This document shows positions 11,521 through 23,515 of a DNA stretch of 64,000 bases, in pieces. Origin of the DNA: Octopus sinensis (taxonomy: Eukaryota); the NCBI RefSeq assembly GCF_006345805.1, contig NC_043005.1, positions 31,062,001 to 31,126,000 on the forward strand, read 5' to 3'. Under the pieces are notes generated by a model, which saw nothing but the letters and a program-made list of their open reading frames with translations, ran no database searches and had not been told where the DNA came from. The translations under genes were made by a program, and so were the position numbers. Position 1 is the first letter of the stretch. Every line of letters begins with the position of its first letter.

Positions 11521-12007
11521 AATCCATTTAAGTATAGGGAAATGAACACAAAAATGATAATGGTATATTGGCATAAAATGCTGGAATATATTTGGGATAA
11601 TTTTGTGGAGATCTTGAACACACATTATATTATATATTGTATCATATGATCATTAAAGATGCAATTACTTGCTAACATGATGGCCAATATGGCTGTGATT
11701 TTATCATCACCACCACTAAAATGGTCACAATGTACCATGTTCCTCCATACATGGTTGGATTATGTTTGCTGCATTGCTTAACCAATGATAATAATAATAA
11801 TTTTCCTCAAGGTCCATAAATCACAAAGTTATAGAAAGTTGACTGTAGTAATTCTAAGTTCCCTTGATAATTGGTTTGCGAAGGGCAAGGTCGATCCCTT
11901 AAACCCAATGTTCAGTTGTAGTTGTATTTGTTGACTAAAGTCCATGGTATATTCATATTTACAGCTTATTCAATGAAATAAATATGGACAAAGACCGACA
12001 TCCTTAT

Positions 12008-12170
12008 GGTGCAGGCATGGCAATGTGGTTAAAAAGTCCATTTTGCAACCATGTGGTTTCAGGTTCAATCCCAAACTGAAGCACTGTGTGTGTGTTCTAC
12101 TACAGCCTTGATTTGATCAATGCCATGTGACTTAATTTGGTAAATGGAAACTATGTAGAAGCCTGTCAAA
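12008..12170 (+). mobile_element. Degenerate SINE
   Basis: ggtgcaggcatggcaatgtggttaa...ggttcaatccc head. Confidence 0.55.
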
Positions 12171-13318
12171 TAAATATACGCTTTTGTACACCTCCCACAC
12201 ACAATGAGGTGATGTCGAGTTTTTTGTTTGTTTGTTTGTTTCCTAACTTAGCTTGTCAAGAAGAAACTAATAGAATAATTACCAGACTTGAAAAATAAGT
12301 ACAAAGATTGATTTGTTTGACTAAGCCCTACTAGATGCTCCAGTATGGTCTCAGTCAAAAGACTGCAACAAGTAAACGAGTCATCTTTTTCAGTCAGTAT
12401 TGGCATCCTCATAATTTCAAACACTGACTTTAAATGTATGAAAATTTTCTTGCACACATTCCAGGCTTCAACAGACTACTCAAACTTTTTGCGTCATAAA
12501 ATAAACCAATTTATCACAGATTGTAACAATAACAAAGAATGAGGAATTGGTTAAAGAATACCTTAAACCAATGATGCTTTTGTGAGACATCAACTTTTAA
12601 CTCACAGAGTTTATAGCTCCATTTCTTCACAACTTGAAACTGCTGGCAAAAGAATTCAATTTCATTAGTATCATTGGAACAATGTAGACAAATTTGATAA
12701 CAGAGGCTTTTATTTCTGAAAAAAATGTCGCTGGTATAGAACACAGATGACAAAAATAAAATGCTGAATATGGAAACAGTATTGGACTTGAGCTCTACAG
12801 AATGCTGGCATTTACAATCAGGATGTCTTCATGAAATACAACTGCTGTTATAAAAGAAAACTATTTCAGCAGCTGCTACTCAAATATGTAATTTTTTTTT
12901 TTTTGTCAGAGTATCGACATAATTACAGAAAATGTCCCGCCAGAAATGTCTTATCACAAAGAGTGAGAAAATGTTACATCACAAGTGTAGACTACTGATC
13001 TCAGGTGTGCAAACCATGGCACTTGAATGTGGATCATTCTCTACAAACTTTACATCTAGAAGTTTTTACCCGTGTTTGTTGTAAGCATTTTACCAGTTAT
13101 GTTTAACGAGATTGCGTCCGCATAAGAAACTTTAACATCAAATAAAAGTTGATTGATTTGTCTTGAGGGTGAATTCGTGGTTCACAAAATTAGATCAGAG
13201 AATGAATTTTTAATGAAATGAGACGATTCGGTGCAGGTGTTTGGACGCTGGTAATTTGGCACAGCTGACTGGACATTGGACTTGTTTGGGGGGGGGGAGA
13301 CTGTTTGGCACTGGAGGC

Positions 13319-13321
<3 letters not shown>

Positions 13322-13365
<44 letters not shown>
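13322..13365. repeat. (GA)n microsatellite
   Basis: Direct reading. Confidence 0.95.
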
Positions 13366-13369
<4 letters not shown>

Positions 13370-13506
13370 AAGATGTGTATTAAATGACTCCCAAATGCTA
13401 CAACCGTCTCCTGTTCACATACAAAAAAAAAGTAACAAAACAAAACAGACGCACCTAAACAGAGGGAAAGAGAGGCGGGGTTATAGCAATCAGTGTAATT
13501 CAATAC

Positions 13507-13868
13507 GGTACTACTTAAGAAGAATGGTCCCGGTGCGCGAACTTGCGCATCTGCAGTAGTTAGGGCGATCTTTCGGTATTGGTACAGTAAGTACCGGTAG
13601 TGGCTTTGTTTACATTTCTGAAGATAACAGAAACCCTTTTCTCCCACCCCTAACCCTAACCTCCCATATATATATATATTAAAAAAAAACACTTTCTTGA
13701 AATGTATCCGGTACTTATACCGAAGTTACGCCAAAAAATTATTTACTTTGTGTAAAAAAATTATTTATTTTGTGTTTTATTTACTTTGCTAGGTAGTCGT
13801 TGTAGAATCGACTAGCTAGCGCGGATGCGCGAGTACGCGCACCGGGACCACTCTTCTTAAGTAGTACC
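13507..13868. mobile_element. 362-bp MITE, Mutator (MULE)-like
   Basis: 48-bp TIR GGTACTACTTAAGAAGA...GCGCATC.GC with 4 mismatches; exact 9-bp TSD attcaatac at 13498-13506 and 13869-13877. Confidence 0.9.
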
Positions 13869-14436
13869 ATTCAATACATCATGTTTATCTCTGATTTGTT
13901 GACAGTGCCAAAATTTAAATCCAGTCAGTTCTACTTTGTTGAAGGTGTAGAAAAATCCATTGCGAGAAATCTAGTAGTCGAGTAGTTTAGTAGTTGTGCC
14001 GACAAATTAGTTGTCAACTAGAATAAGAAACAAAATGTCTGATGACAAAACAGCGCCGTCACAACGTCTCATTATAGATTTTTAAACAAGATTCCACAAT
14101 GGCAAGTTTTACTTCAATAAGTAGATTACGAATCAAATACAAGCGTAGATACATATATCACATCAATATAGCTTTTTGTTCAGTGTTTATCCATCTGTCC
14201 TATTACAAATAAGGATTTCTCAAATCACTTTTGTATGCCTCAATGGTTTCCAATGTATTTCTCCGATTTGTACTTGTTGGTAGACTGCAAGTTTAGACTT
14301 GCAATAAGATTTCTCATTGCTTCATAGTTAGATGGCTTCCCCACCTCCTGTGTGTGTGTATTTCACGTCTTTTTAAGAGACTACTACTATTAATGATTAA
14401 ATTATTTCCTACATATTTAACAATGATAGTTTTTCT

Positions 14437-15576
14437 TCAGTGTGCTTTATTTTTGTGAGCAACAAGACGAGAATTCTTATCGAACCCTTTTCCACACAAT
14501 TCACAGCGAAACGGTTTTTCTCCCGTGTGAATTCTTATGTGATTTTTTAAGTTACTATTATATCTAAAAATCCTTTCACATATTTCACAACGATACCGTA
14601 TTCCCTCTCCATGTAGTATTCTTTTGTGAGCTTCAAGATGATAGTTACTACCAAATGATTCTCCACACATTCTACATTGATGTGATTTTTCTCTAGCGTG
14701 TATTTTTTTGTGTATCGTTAAATTACCGTTAGTGATAAAACGTTTCCCACATAATTCACAATGGTAAGGTCTTTCCCCGGTGTGACTACGTACATGGAGA
14801 ATAAGGGCCGTATTATTATAGAAAGACTGTCCGCATACTTCACACTGGCACAATTTTTCCCCAGTGTGCGTCCGTTTGTGCGTTGTTAAGATATAGTTAG
14901 TGATAAAATATTTTCCACATATTTCGCAGTGGTAAGGTTTTTCACCAGTGTGACGACGTACGTGGATAACGAGGCACCAGTTATCACCAAAAGTTTTCCC
15001 ACACATTTCACAACGAAACGGTTTTTCCCCAGTATGTATTCGTTTGTGAGCTGTAAGGCCTCTATCAAAGGAGAACGACTGTCCACATATTTCACAATGA
15101 TAAGGTTTTTCTCCAGTGTGTACTCTTTTATGAACTTCAAGATGAGAAATATTAACGAAAGATTTCTCACAGATTTCACAATGAAACAGCTTTTCCCCAG
15201 TATGTATTCTTCTATGTTTCGTTAAATTACTTTTATAGGCAAAATATTTCCCACATACTTCACAGTAGAACTGTTTTTCCCCACTGTGTATTAGTTTATG
15301 AATCGTCAAACTACTCTTAAACGCATAATGTTTTCCGCATATTTCACAGTGAAAAGGTTTTTTTCTGTTGTGTATTTCTTTGTGCGTGAAGACTTCACGC
15401 TCTGAACAGAATGTCTTCCTACAAATCTCACAGCGATATTCAGAAATATTTTCGCGTAATGATCCCTCATTAGTGAACGTTTCACTCTGTAAAGGTTTCT
15501 CACCACTGTGTGTTCCTGTGACTGTATTCATAAAAGTAGTTGTTTTAGAATTGGCCGAGTTATTAACGTCCTCCAT
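14437..15576 (-). CDS. Tandem C2H2 zinc-finger protein, 12 fingers
   Basis: Uninterrupted 379-aa ORF with 12 C2H2 units and TGEKP-type linkers; in-frame stops shortly upstream of the ATG. Confidence 0.92.
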   Translation of the reverse strand: MEDVNNSANSKTTTFMNTVTGTHSGEKPLQSETFTNEGSLRENISEYRCEICRKTFCSEREVFTHKEIHNRKKPFHCEICGKHYAFKSSLTIHKLIHSGEKQFYCEVCGKYFAYKSNLTKHRRIHTGEKLFHCEICEKSFVNISHLEVHKRVHTGEKPYHCEICGQSFSFDRGLTAHKRIHTGEKPFRCEMCGKTFGDNWCLVIHVRRHTGEKPYHCEICGKYFITNYILTTHKRTHTGEKLCQCEVCGQSFYNNTALILHVRSHTGERPYHCELCGKRFITNGNLTIHKKIHAREKSHQCRMCGESFGSNYHLEAHKRILHGEGIRYRCEICERIFRYNSNLKNHIRIHTGEKPFRCELCGKGFDKNSRLVAHKNKAH

Positions 15577-16279
15577 ATTAATCCTGGCGGAAATCTATTA
15601 TGGTTCAGTTTCTTGTCTTGGATACCATGGCGCTGTGTTTACATGATTTAAGGACTACACGATATCATTAAATTGGCCGGACTGTTTGTAAACATCCAAG
15701 AAAAGCGGTGTCGTTGATAATTTTACGCTCCCTGAATAATACCGGTGATATACATTAAAGGTCCTTAATATAATTTAATACTTTTAGAAGCACCTTCCTT
15801 CAAGTGTTGCTGAACCATTGTTTAAAAACAAATACATCCAACAAAATAACTAGTAACTAATTCCTCCTCAAATCACATTATGAAAGACACATTTGTTAAC
15901 ATTGTACTAGATGTATTTAAATAAACGAGTTGGTCATGGTCTGTTCTATCACTTTGTCTAGGAGTAAACAATAACGGGAACCGCAGATAACACAATCAAT
16001 GATGCAGGTAGGAGAGAGCTCTTGAAATGCAGCAATGAAATGTTGGTATCAAATGTATTCAAGACACTACACGATTTTACTCCATATAGTGTTAGTGAAA
16101 GTGATTTAGATGGGAAAATGCAAAAGACAAGCTGTTTTTCCTAACAGACTGTTAATTGCAAACTTGTCTTCCTCACTCTGTCTGCCTGTCTGCCTGTACA
16201 CAGACGCGCATATTCTAAACGCAGCAGTTGCGTTCTTTCACATGTCCTCACCCAATCCCTCTCGCTCTGTCTGTCTGTT

Positions 16280-16323
16280 TCTATGTATGTATGTATGTAT
16301 GTATGTATGTATGTGTGTGTGTA

Positions 16324-16360
<37 letters not shown>

Positions 16361-16437
16361 ATGTATGTATGTATGTATGTGTGTGTGTGTGTGTGAGTGT
16401 GTGTGTGTGTATGTGTGTGTGTGTGAGTGTGTGTGTA

Positions 16438-16472
<35 letters not shown>

Positions 16473-16765
16473 GTATGTATGTATGTGTGTGTGTGAATGT
16501 ATGTATGTGTGTGTATATGTATGTATATGTGTGTATGTATGTATGTGTGTATATGTATGCAGATGTGTCTGTGTGCGTGTCTACGTAATGTATGTATGTC
16601 TGCTTGCGTGTGTCTATGTAGTTACGTATGTATGTATGTGTATTTGTGCGTGTGTATGTATGTAATATGTATGTATGTAGGCAGGTGTGTGTGTGTGTGT
16701 GTGCCTACGTAATGTATGCCTGTCTGCGTGACTGTGTCTATGTGTGTATGTAGACACACACACAT
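16280..16765. repeat. Compound (GT)n/(ATGT)n microsatellite
   Basis: Direct reading. Confidence 0.95.
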
Positions 16766-16939
16766 TTCTCAACACGGTCTTTAAACACATTTAGCTATCA
16801 CTTTTGAAACAAACAAACAAACAAAAAAAAATGTAAATTTATAAAAAGAAAATGAATCTCCACTCTAAATTTCTCTTGAGAAAAACTTACAAACAAGATG
16901 AGGACAAATATCCATCGAATGTAAATAATGTAAATAAGG

Positions 16940-17310
16940 TATATAATTCCTCATCTCTAAAATATAGAACTGTGGAGGGACATGTTCCAAACTTCGGCAC
17001 TGGAGAGAGTTTTAATGCACGAATATTTATATACTCTAAGCTTGCAAATATACTACGTTCGAAATCATGGGCTAAAATACTCTATCGTAACAATCTGACA
17101 TTTAGAGTTCCCTTAACTGTTCAACTACCTATCTAAATTAAAAGAAATATAAAAGAGACATCTACTGAAACATCAAAAAACCCTCCTCATTAGATGAACT
17201 CTTAACGATACCTTAGAATTCAACCATTCAAGGATGATGCATTCTGAGGAGAACAGCTGCTAGAAAACTCAATCATAGACCACCTTCCAGCCAAGAAGCA
17301 ACAACAAAAC
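16940..17310 (+). mobile_element. Degenerate CR1-like LINE 3' end
   Basis: YRTVEGHVPNFG...LTFRVP and a remnant resembling LDELL..IP...AA.NS, typical of CR1-like ORF2 C-termini. Confidence 0.55.
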
Positions 17311-17399
17311 CTAATTGAAAGTACATTAAGGCAGTGCTCTAGAATGGCTGCAGTACTATCATTACTTCCTAAAAAATTTGGAAAAAGCTAACTTGAAAT

Positions 17400-17525
17400 T
17401 GTATTGAAAACTGCCGTTCAAAAGGAAAAGATCCAAAAAATGTTTTATTTTGACACATTCTACAAGTATACGAAGTTTTAAAGTGTTTAGTTAACTAGAA
17501 ATTGTCTGCCGTTCAAAAGGAAAAA
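17400..17525. mobile_element. Two stacked right ends of the GGATC-TIR MITE family
   Basis: ctgccgttcaaaaggaaaagatcc (ends 17434) is followed by a second terminal ~90 bp ending ctgccgttcaaaaggaaaa. Confidence 0.65.
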
Positions 17526-17534
17526 TGCCACTTA

Positions 17535-17699
<165 letters not shown>

Positions 17700-17700
<1 letters not shown>

Positions 17701-18629
17701 GTACGCGTGAATGACGAAACCACTTTTAGGGTTAGGACGAGGAGGGTTACTTAGGGTTAGGGAAGGGTATCTTCTTTTTCTTCAGATATGTAAATAAACC
17801 CAATCTGTTTCCTAAACGAATATATAATATGTAATGTGTGTATCTGTGCGACAGACAGGGAAATTAAAACTGCATATGTTGTGAACTTAGAATATGTGTT
17901 TATTAATAAAAGTTTAATAACGATAATCTTTTATTCATACGAACGTAACTGATATAAAATATGTCATAAATAGCAGGGACATTTTCATATGACACCGCAA
18001 AAAATTGTTGTTGACAGACTTCGGCAGATATTGTTTTTACCTCAATAGACGTCATTGATTGGTTGAAATTGCCGAAAATTAAGAAATTAAAGAGGAAATA
18101 GCTTACAAACTACAGAATTTTCTCAAGAAAGCCAAGAGAAAAAGATGTGGATCTTTTCGGTTTGAACGGCAGTTTTTTTCTAGCGGTGTCATATGAAATT
18201 GTCACCCATAATTATGACCTTAGTATCGATCTATTGCATTTCAATCTGCTTTAGGGTTAGAAATGTAAATAAACCCAATCTGTTTCTTAAACGAGGGACA
18301 TATTCATGCGGTACAGAATGTTTTCACCTCAACAGACGTCATTGATTGGTTGAAATTGCAGAAATTGAATAAAAAAAACACCAAATATCTTACAAACTAT
18401 AGAATTTTCTCAATAAAGCCAAAAGAAAAAGATGTTTTATAAACATATTCTACCAGTATACGAAGTTTAAAAGTGTTTAGTTACGTAGAAATTATTAAAA
18501 AAAACTGCCGTTCAAATCGAAAAGATCCAAAGATGTTTTATAAACACACTCTACTAGTATACGAAGTTTAAAAGTGTTTAGTTACAAAGATATTACTTTA
18601 AAAATCTGCCGGTCAAAGCGAAAAGATCC
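17700..18629. mobile_element. Host MITE copy interrupted by a copy of its own family
   Basis: 17790-18148 parallels 18260-18436; the host resumes at 18529 and ends ctgccggtcaaagcgaaaagatcc at 18629. Confidence 0.7.
18149..18528. mobile_element. 380-bp MITE with GG-terminal TIRs and 8-bp TSD (Merlin- or hAT-like)
   Basis: TIR ggatcttttcggtttgaacggcagttttttt / aaaaaaactgccgttcaaatcgaaaagatcc; exact TSD aaagatgt at 18141-18148 and 18529-18536. Confidence 0.88.
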
Positions 18630-19562
18630 GCAACAGTTAATTATTTCGAAATTATAAACAGAAACAAATTGCAGATTCAGACTGTTGGTTCTTACAGACT
18701 ATGATTATAAGAGATCACAAAAATAAAGGGAAAGAGCGAAATTTTCGGATTTAAGTGGTGGTGAAAAAAAATTACGAAAATTATTCGGTTGCCTTAGTCG
18801 TACTGAAGTTACTTCCCATAGTGACGGGAGTTTGAAAAGAAATGGCAAACACATAAAGTTGTCTCCCCTGCACTGGTAGTGACAGTAATAACTATAACTT
18901 GTTTCCTTTTAAGTAGGGAAACCTTATTTGCTGAGAAGCGACATAGGCGAGAATGGATTACGACTATATTATGAAGCGAGAATGAATTATAACTATATTA
19001 TGAAGTATAAAAAATAAAAAAAGAGAAAAACTTTCCTAGTGTGTATAACGAGTTATCTCGCCATCTCATGAATGATAGCGAACAGCAAAGATATGAATTA
19101 GATGCTGCCATTCCATCCTTCGTTACATTTCCCATTTGGGAGTGGCGCTGAATCGATTGACTTATTTGTCACCAGGGGATGCAGTAAATAGTAAGACGTC
19201 TTCCCCTTCATGAAAAGTTACAGTTAGAGTTAGGTCTAACTTATGTATATACTGTCCTGTTATACAGCTGAACGTAAACCTCTACGCGCGCGCGCACGCA
19301 CACACACACACAGCATACATTTTGCGTTTCCTCTACACCCCTAGGGGCAGATAGAGGAAAAAGAGACAATGGGAGAGCGGTAGGGTTTTGAAAATGTGAG
19401 GTTACGAGAAAGGGACCACTTTGGGAATGGGAGGGTTTATGGAAATTGAGAAAGAGATGCAAGGGGTTGGGGATGGCTGGGAAAGAGTGTGACTAGAGTC
19501 ATAACTGACACTTCACAAAACATCGATTTAAATTGTTTCAGTGACATTAAATACACATTCAG

Positions 19563-19586
19563 TGACGTAACTGGCGCCATTTTACA
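19563..19586. promoter_or_regulatory. Possible promoter motifs (CRE-like TGACGTAA and YY1-like GCGCCATTTT)
   Basis: Motif matches only; lies upstream of the minus-strand zinc-finger gene. Confidence 0.2.
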
Positions 19587-19599
19587 AGTTAGCTCTACA

Positions 19600-19910
19600 C
19601 CTGTGACCACAAAACCCTAGCAACTCGTAACAAACTTTAACTCATTAAGAATAAACCTTTATCTTAGGACACAACCCTCACCCAAACCTTAAACTGGCGT
19701 TGGTTACTAAATTCGACCTAACCCTTTCATCCAATCCTTGACCCTAATCTAAATCTAACCCTAGCGTCTTATTGTTTAAGCTGCACCCTCCCCAACAACC
19801 CTTAACATGCAACTTAACTATTCACTATAAAAACCTTTCTCTAATCCCTAATCCTACACTTGTCTAAACCCTGTACCTCAATCCCGAATTCTAATAGCAA
19901 ACCCTCAACA
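19600..19910. repeat. Degenerate TAACCC-rich tract
   Basis: About 10 dispersed AACCCT/TAACCC-like words in 300 bp. Confidence 0.5.
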
Positions 19911-19974
19911 AAATGAGAAAAAAACTATCTACTTTTAGTCATTGGATAGCTGTCATACATGACGATATGTAAAC

Positions 19975-20230
19975 AATGGCGAGCTAGCAGAAACGTTTAA
20001 GGCGGCGAGCTAGTAGAAACGTTAGCACGTCGGGCGAAATGTTTAGCAGTATTTCGTCTGCCGTTACGTTGTGAGTTCAAATTCCGCCGAGGTCGACTTT
20101 ACCTTTCACCATTTAGGGTCGATAAATTAAGTACCAGTTACGCACTGGGGTCGAAGTAATCGACTTAATACCTATGTCTGTCCTTGTTTGTCCCCTCTAT
20201 GTTTAGCCCCTTATGGGTAATAAAGAAATA
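19975..20230 (+). mobile_element. tRNA-derived SINE with duplicated head and 11-bp TSD
   Basis: Same family as 8762; TSD gatatgtaaac at 19964-19974 and 20231-20241. Confidence 0.9.
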
Positions 20231-20610
20231 GATATGTAAACTTGAAATCATGTAAAATGAAGTTGATATACTTATAATAATATTTATAAATTAATTTTTG
20301 AAAGGAAAATAATAAATATGATTAGCATATGTAAATGTGTCATCATTTAACATCCGTCTTTCACGTTTGTATGGATTGGACTGTTTGACAGGAACCCCAC
20401 AAACTGGGGAATTGCACCAACCTTCAATGTCTGCTTTGGGATGGTTTGCCATTTTTGCAAACACTGGCACCAGCAAAGATGCTAAGTATGTTGCAAGTCA
20501 AATGAAATGTTCCTTCACTGAATGGGATGACATTATGCAAGACTGAAGTATGGCAGATGGACAGGCATAATTATGCTGCTATAGAGGAGATACGTGACTA
20601 TTCTGCATAT

Positions 20611-22530
20611 AAGAGAGAGTGCTGAAAAATTCTTGGCTTTCGATAAAATGAACTACAGGAGGATCAGTTATGATTTTATTCAACACTAGAAGTATCGCCC
20701 GGCGTTGCTCGGGTTTGTAAGGGAAATAACTATATAAGCATTTTTAGTGAGTTATAGAAAAAAATAGCAAAAAATGCATTAAAAATGGAAAAAAAAAATA
20801 TGGTAATTTTTTTTTAATCGTTGACTCATCGTAGACATTTTTAGAGAGTTACTTCCCTTATATAATAGCGAAAAATGCATTAAAATGGAATAAAAAATGA
20901 TGGTAATTTCTTTTTTAAATCGTAGACTCATCGTAGACGCAAGCTAATACCCAGAAGGGCTCGATAGGAATCACGACTATAAGATACCCGGTTTTGGTTA
21001 AACTGCACCGCAAAATGTGGGAGTAGTTAGGAATCTAAATCGTAGGAGACAGACACACAACTTCACTTTTATATATAAAGATTTGTGCAACATCTAAAAC
21101 ATTCGGTTGTGCAAATTGTTTGTAATTGCCGTTTTTGTGGATCTGTTTCAGCTTTTTTAGCGATTTCTGTTTTGGCGACTTCAAGTCATGAAGTCGTTGT
21201 TCTAAAAGAACGCTGGTCTCCTTGACTACGCTTTACGACGTTGATTTCCTTGCACTCCCTTCCCCACAGCTTCACGAGGGAGAGAAGAAGAGGGAAAAGC
21301 AACACAGGTGCAGATGTGAGCATGGACGCCAACTCCGCCGCCATCGACACACGAAAAATTATGCATTAAAATGGAATAAAAAATGATGTTAAATTATTTT
21401 AAAAATCGTAGACTCACCGTAGACGCGCGCTAATAGCCAGACGGGCTCTATATGAATCACGACTATAAGATACCCGAATTTGATTAAACTGCACCGCAAA
21501 ATGTGGGAGTAGTTAGGAATCTAAATCGAAGGGGACAGACACTCACACAACTACAGTTTTATATATATAGATATTCTCCTCTTAGATTCACAGGCTTATT
21601 GTAGCAGTCCTTAAGTTTATCTAAATCCCAGAAAAAGAACTCGGAAGGACAAGCCTCTGTAGCAATGATCACTTCCAAATAGGAGTGAAATTTCGTTCTC
21701 TTGAGGTGTTTCTTCAGCTGTGGAAAGAGATGACATTTGGAGGGGGCCAAGTTAGGAGAGTAAGGTGGATGATCTACCAATTCGAAGCCAAAGCTGCGTA
21801 TTTTCTGTAGAGTTTCATGTACTGTGTGAGATGGTGCATTGTCCTGTAAAAACAGGACACCACGGCTCAGCTTTCCAAGGTATTTCTGCTTCAAAATTTC
21901 ATGCAGTTCGTCCAACAGAGACATGTAGTATTCTGTGTTGATGGCAGGTATTTCAGGAGGAGTACTCTATCTTTGTCCTAGATCACTGAAGCCAGAATCT
22001 TTACATCTGACCTCTAGGTCCAAAACTCCTTGCGATGTGGTGAACCGTTGATTGCTTCTTGATCATAATGATGAAGAAAAGACTCATCCATGGTGATTAA
22101 CGAGCCATAAAATCAGCCTCTCCTGCTGCAAAACAGTCCCAAATCGCCTTTGATGTTGTCACTCTGATACGCTTCTAACTGTGTTCAAGCATTTCAGCAT
22201 ACCTTTTAAGGAAAGATTTGTCATGTCCAGAATGCTGTAGATGATGTGGCCAACTATTTCACTGGAAATTCCAGCAGTCTTAGCTATGACTTGAGCTGAT
22301 ATCCAACGGTCCGCGAGAATCATGATGGACACAGTGTCAGCATTGTCTCCTGTGGTTTAGGAAGATCATCTGTGGCCTCGAAATGCCTGAAACTTCGACA
22401 CTTAGATTTTCACTGTGGAGTAAGATGGGCAGCCATCCTTCAAGACTTCCTTCATCTCACCGTGGATTTCTGCCGCTCCTTTGTCTTGCAAAAAGAGGAA
22501 CTTCATGTGGTTCAATTTTACCAAAACCCA
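20611..22530 (-). mobile_element. Degenerate mariner (Tc1/mariner) transposon, interrupted by a Helitron
   Basis: LFLQDNAPSHT, VDHPPYSPNLAPS and VNLRGEY motifs; removing 20686-21571 restores ...GEYVE* (caaca|tattc); TIR-like gagtgctgaaaaattcttggc at about 20615. Confidence 0.85.
20686..21571 (-). mobile_element. Non-autonomous Helitron with two 5' ends and one 3' end
   Basis: 5'-TC starts at 21571 and 21081; 3' hairpin cccgagcaacgccggg then CTAG at 20686-20689; inserted between A and T with no TSD; 20870-21080 is repeated at 21355-21570. Confidence 0.85.
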
Positions 22531-22602
22531 CTGTAGAATTTGCCATCATGCGTTAATATGCCAAAAAGATAAAGATATATTGTATGTCATCACGAAACTA
22601 AT

Positions 22603-23515
22603 TTGCGATTGGCTCAGACAACTTTGCGTGATTCGAGCAGCAGAGACAATGAAAGTGACGACGAAAGAGCTAAGCGACTACAAAGGAGGAGGTCGTATGA
22701 CCATTCGGTGCCTTTTCGACAAACGAGTTCAGCTCGATCTGCTCACAATTCAAAGAACGCTGCTACCACTATCAATGAAAGAGCCTCAAAGATAGCTGAA
22801 CAACGGTCAGTCCGCAATTCACAAAATGCTACTGCCACTGCCAATGCAAGTGCCTCCGAGACTGCTGAAAAACACTCAGTCCGCAAATCACAGAACGCTG
22901 CTGCCACTGCCAATGCAAGAGCGTCCGAGACGGCTGAACATCGGGCACTCCAAAATTCACAAAAAGCCTCTGCCACTGCCAATGCAATACCCTCCGAGAC
23001 CGCTGAATACCGGGCACTCCGAAATTCACAAAACGCTGCTGCCACTGCCAACGCAAGAGCCTCCGGGACTGCTGAAAAACGGTCAGTCAGCAATTCAGAA
23101 AACGCTTCTGCCACTGCCAATGCAAGTGCCTCCGAAACTCCTCAACAACGGGCAATCCGCAATTCACAAAACGCTTCTGCCACTGCCAACGAAAGAGCCC
23201 TCGAATCTGCTGAACAACGGTCAGTCCGAAATTCACAGAACGCTGCTGCCACTGCCAATTCAAGAGCGTCCGAGACTGCTGAACAACGGGTACTCCGAAA
23301 TTCACAAAACGCTTCTGCCACTGCCAATACAAGACCCTCCGAGACCGCTGAATAACGGGCAGTCCGAAATTCACAAAACGCTGCTGCCACTGCCAACGCA
23401 AGAGCCCTCAAGACTGCTGAACAACAGGCAATCCGCAATTCCGAAAACGCTTTTGCGACCGCTAATGCATGAGCTTCTGAGAATGCTGAACAACGGGCAC
23501 TCCGAAATTACATCC
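22603..23515 (+). repeat. 69-bp (23-aa) tandem repeat ORF resembling Helitron RepHel N-terminal repeats
   Basis: About 10 copies of SETAEQRSVRNSQNAAATANARA; tccgag at 22855, 22924 and 22993; stop at 23353-23355; no Rep or helicase motifs follow. Confidence 0.6.

Noticed and set aside
22790-23515. Regular 69-bp array as a CRISPR-like locus
   Set aside because: Units are contiguous with no unique spacers, there are no cas genes, and the context is eukaryotic.
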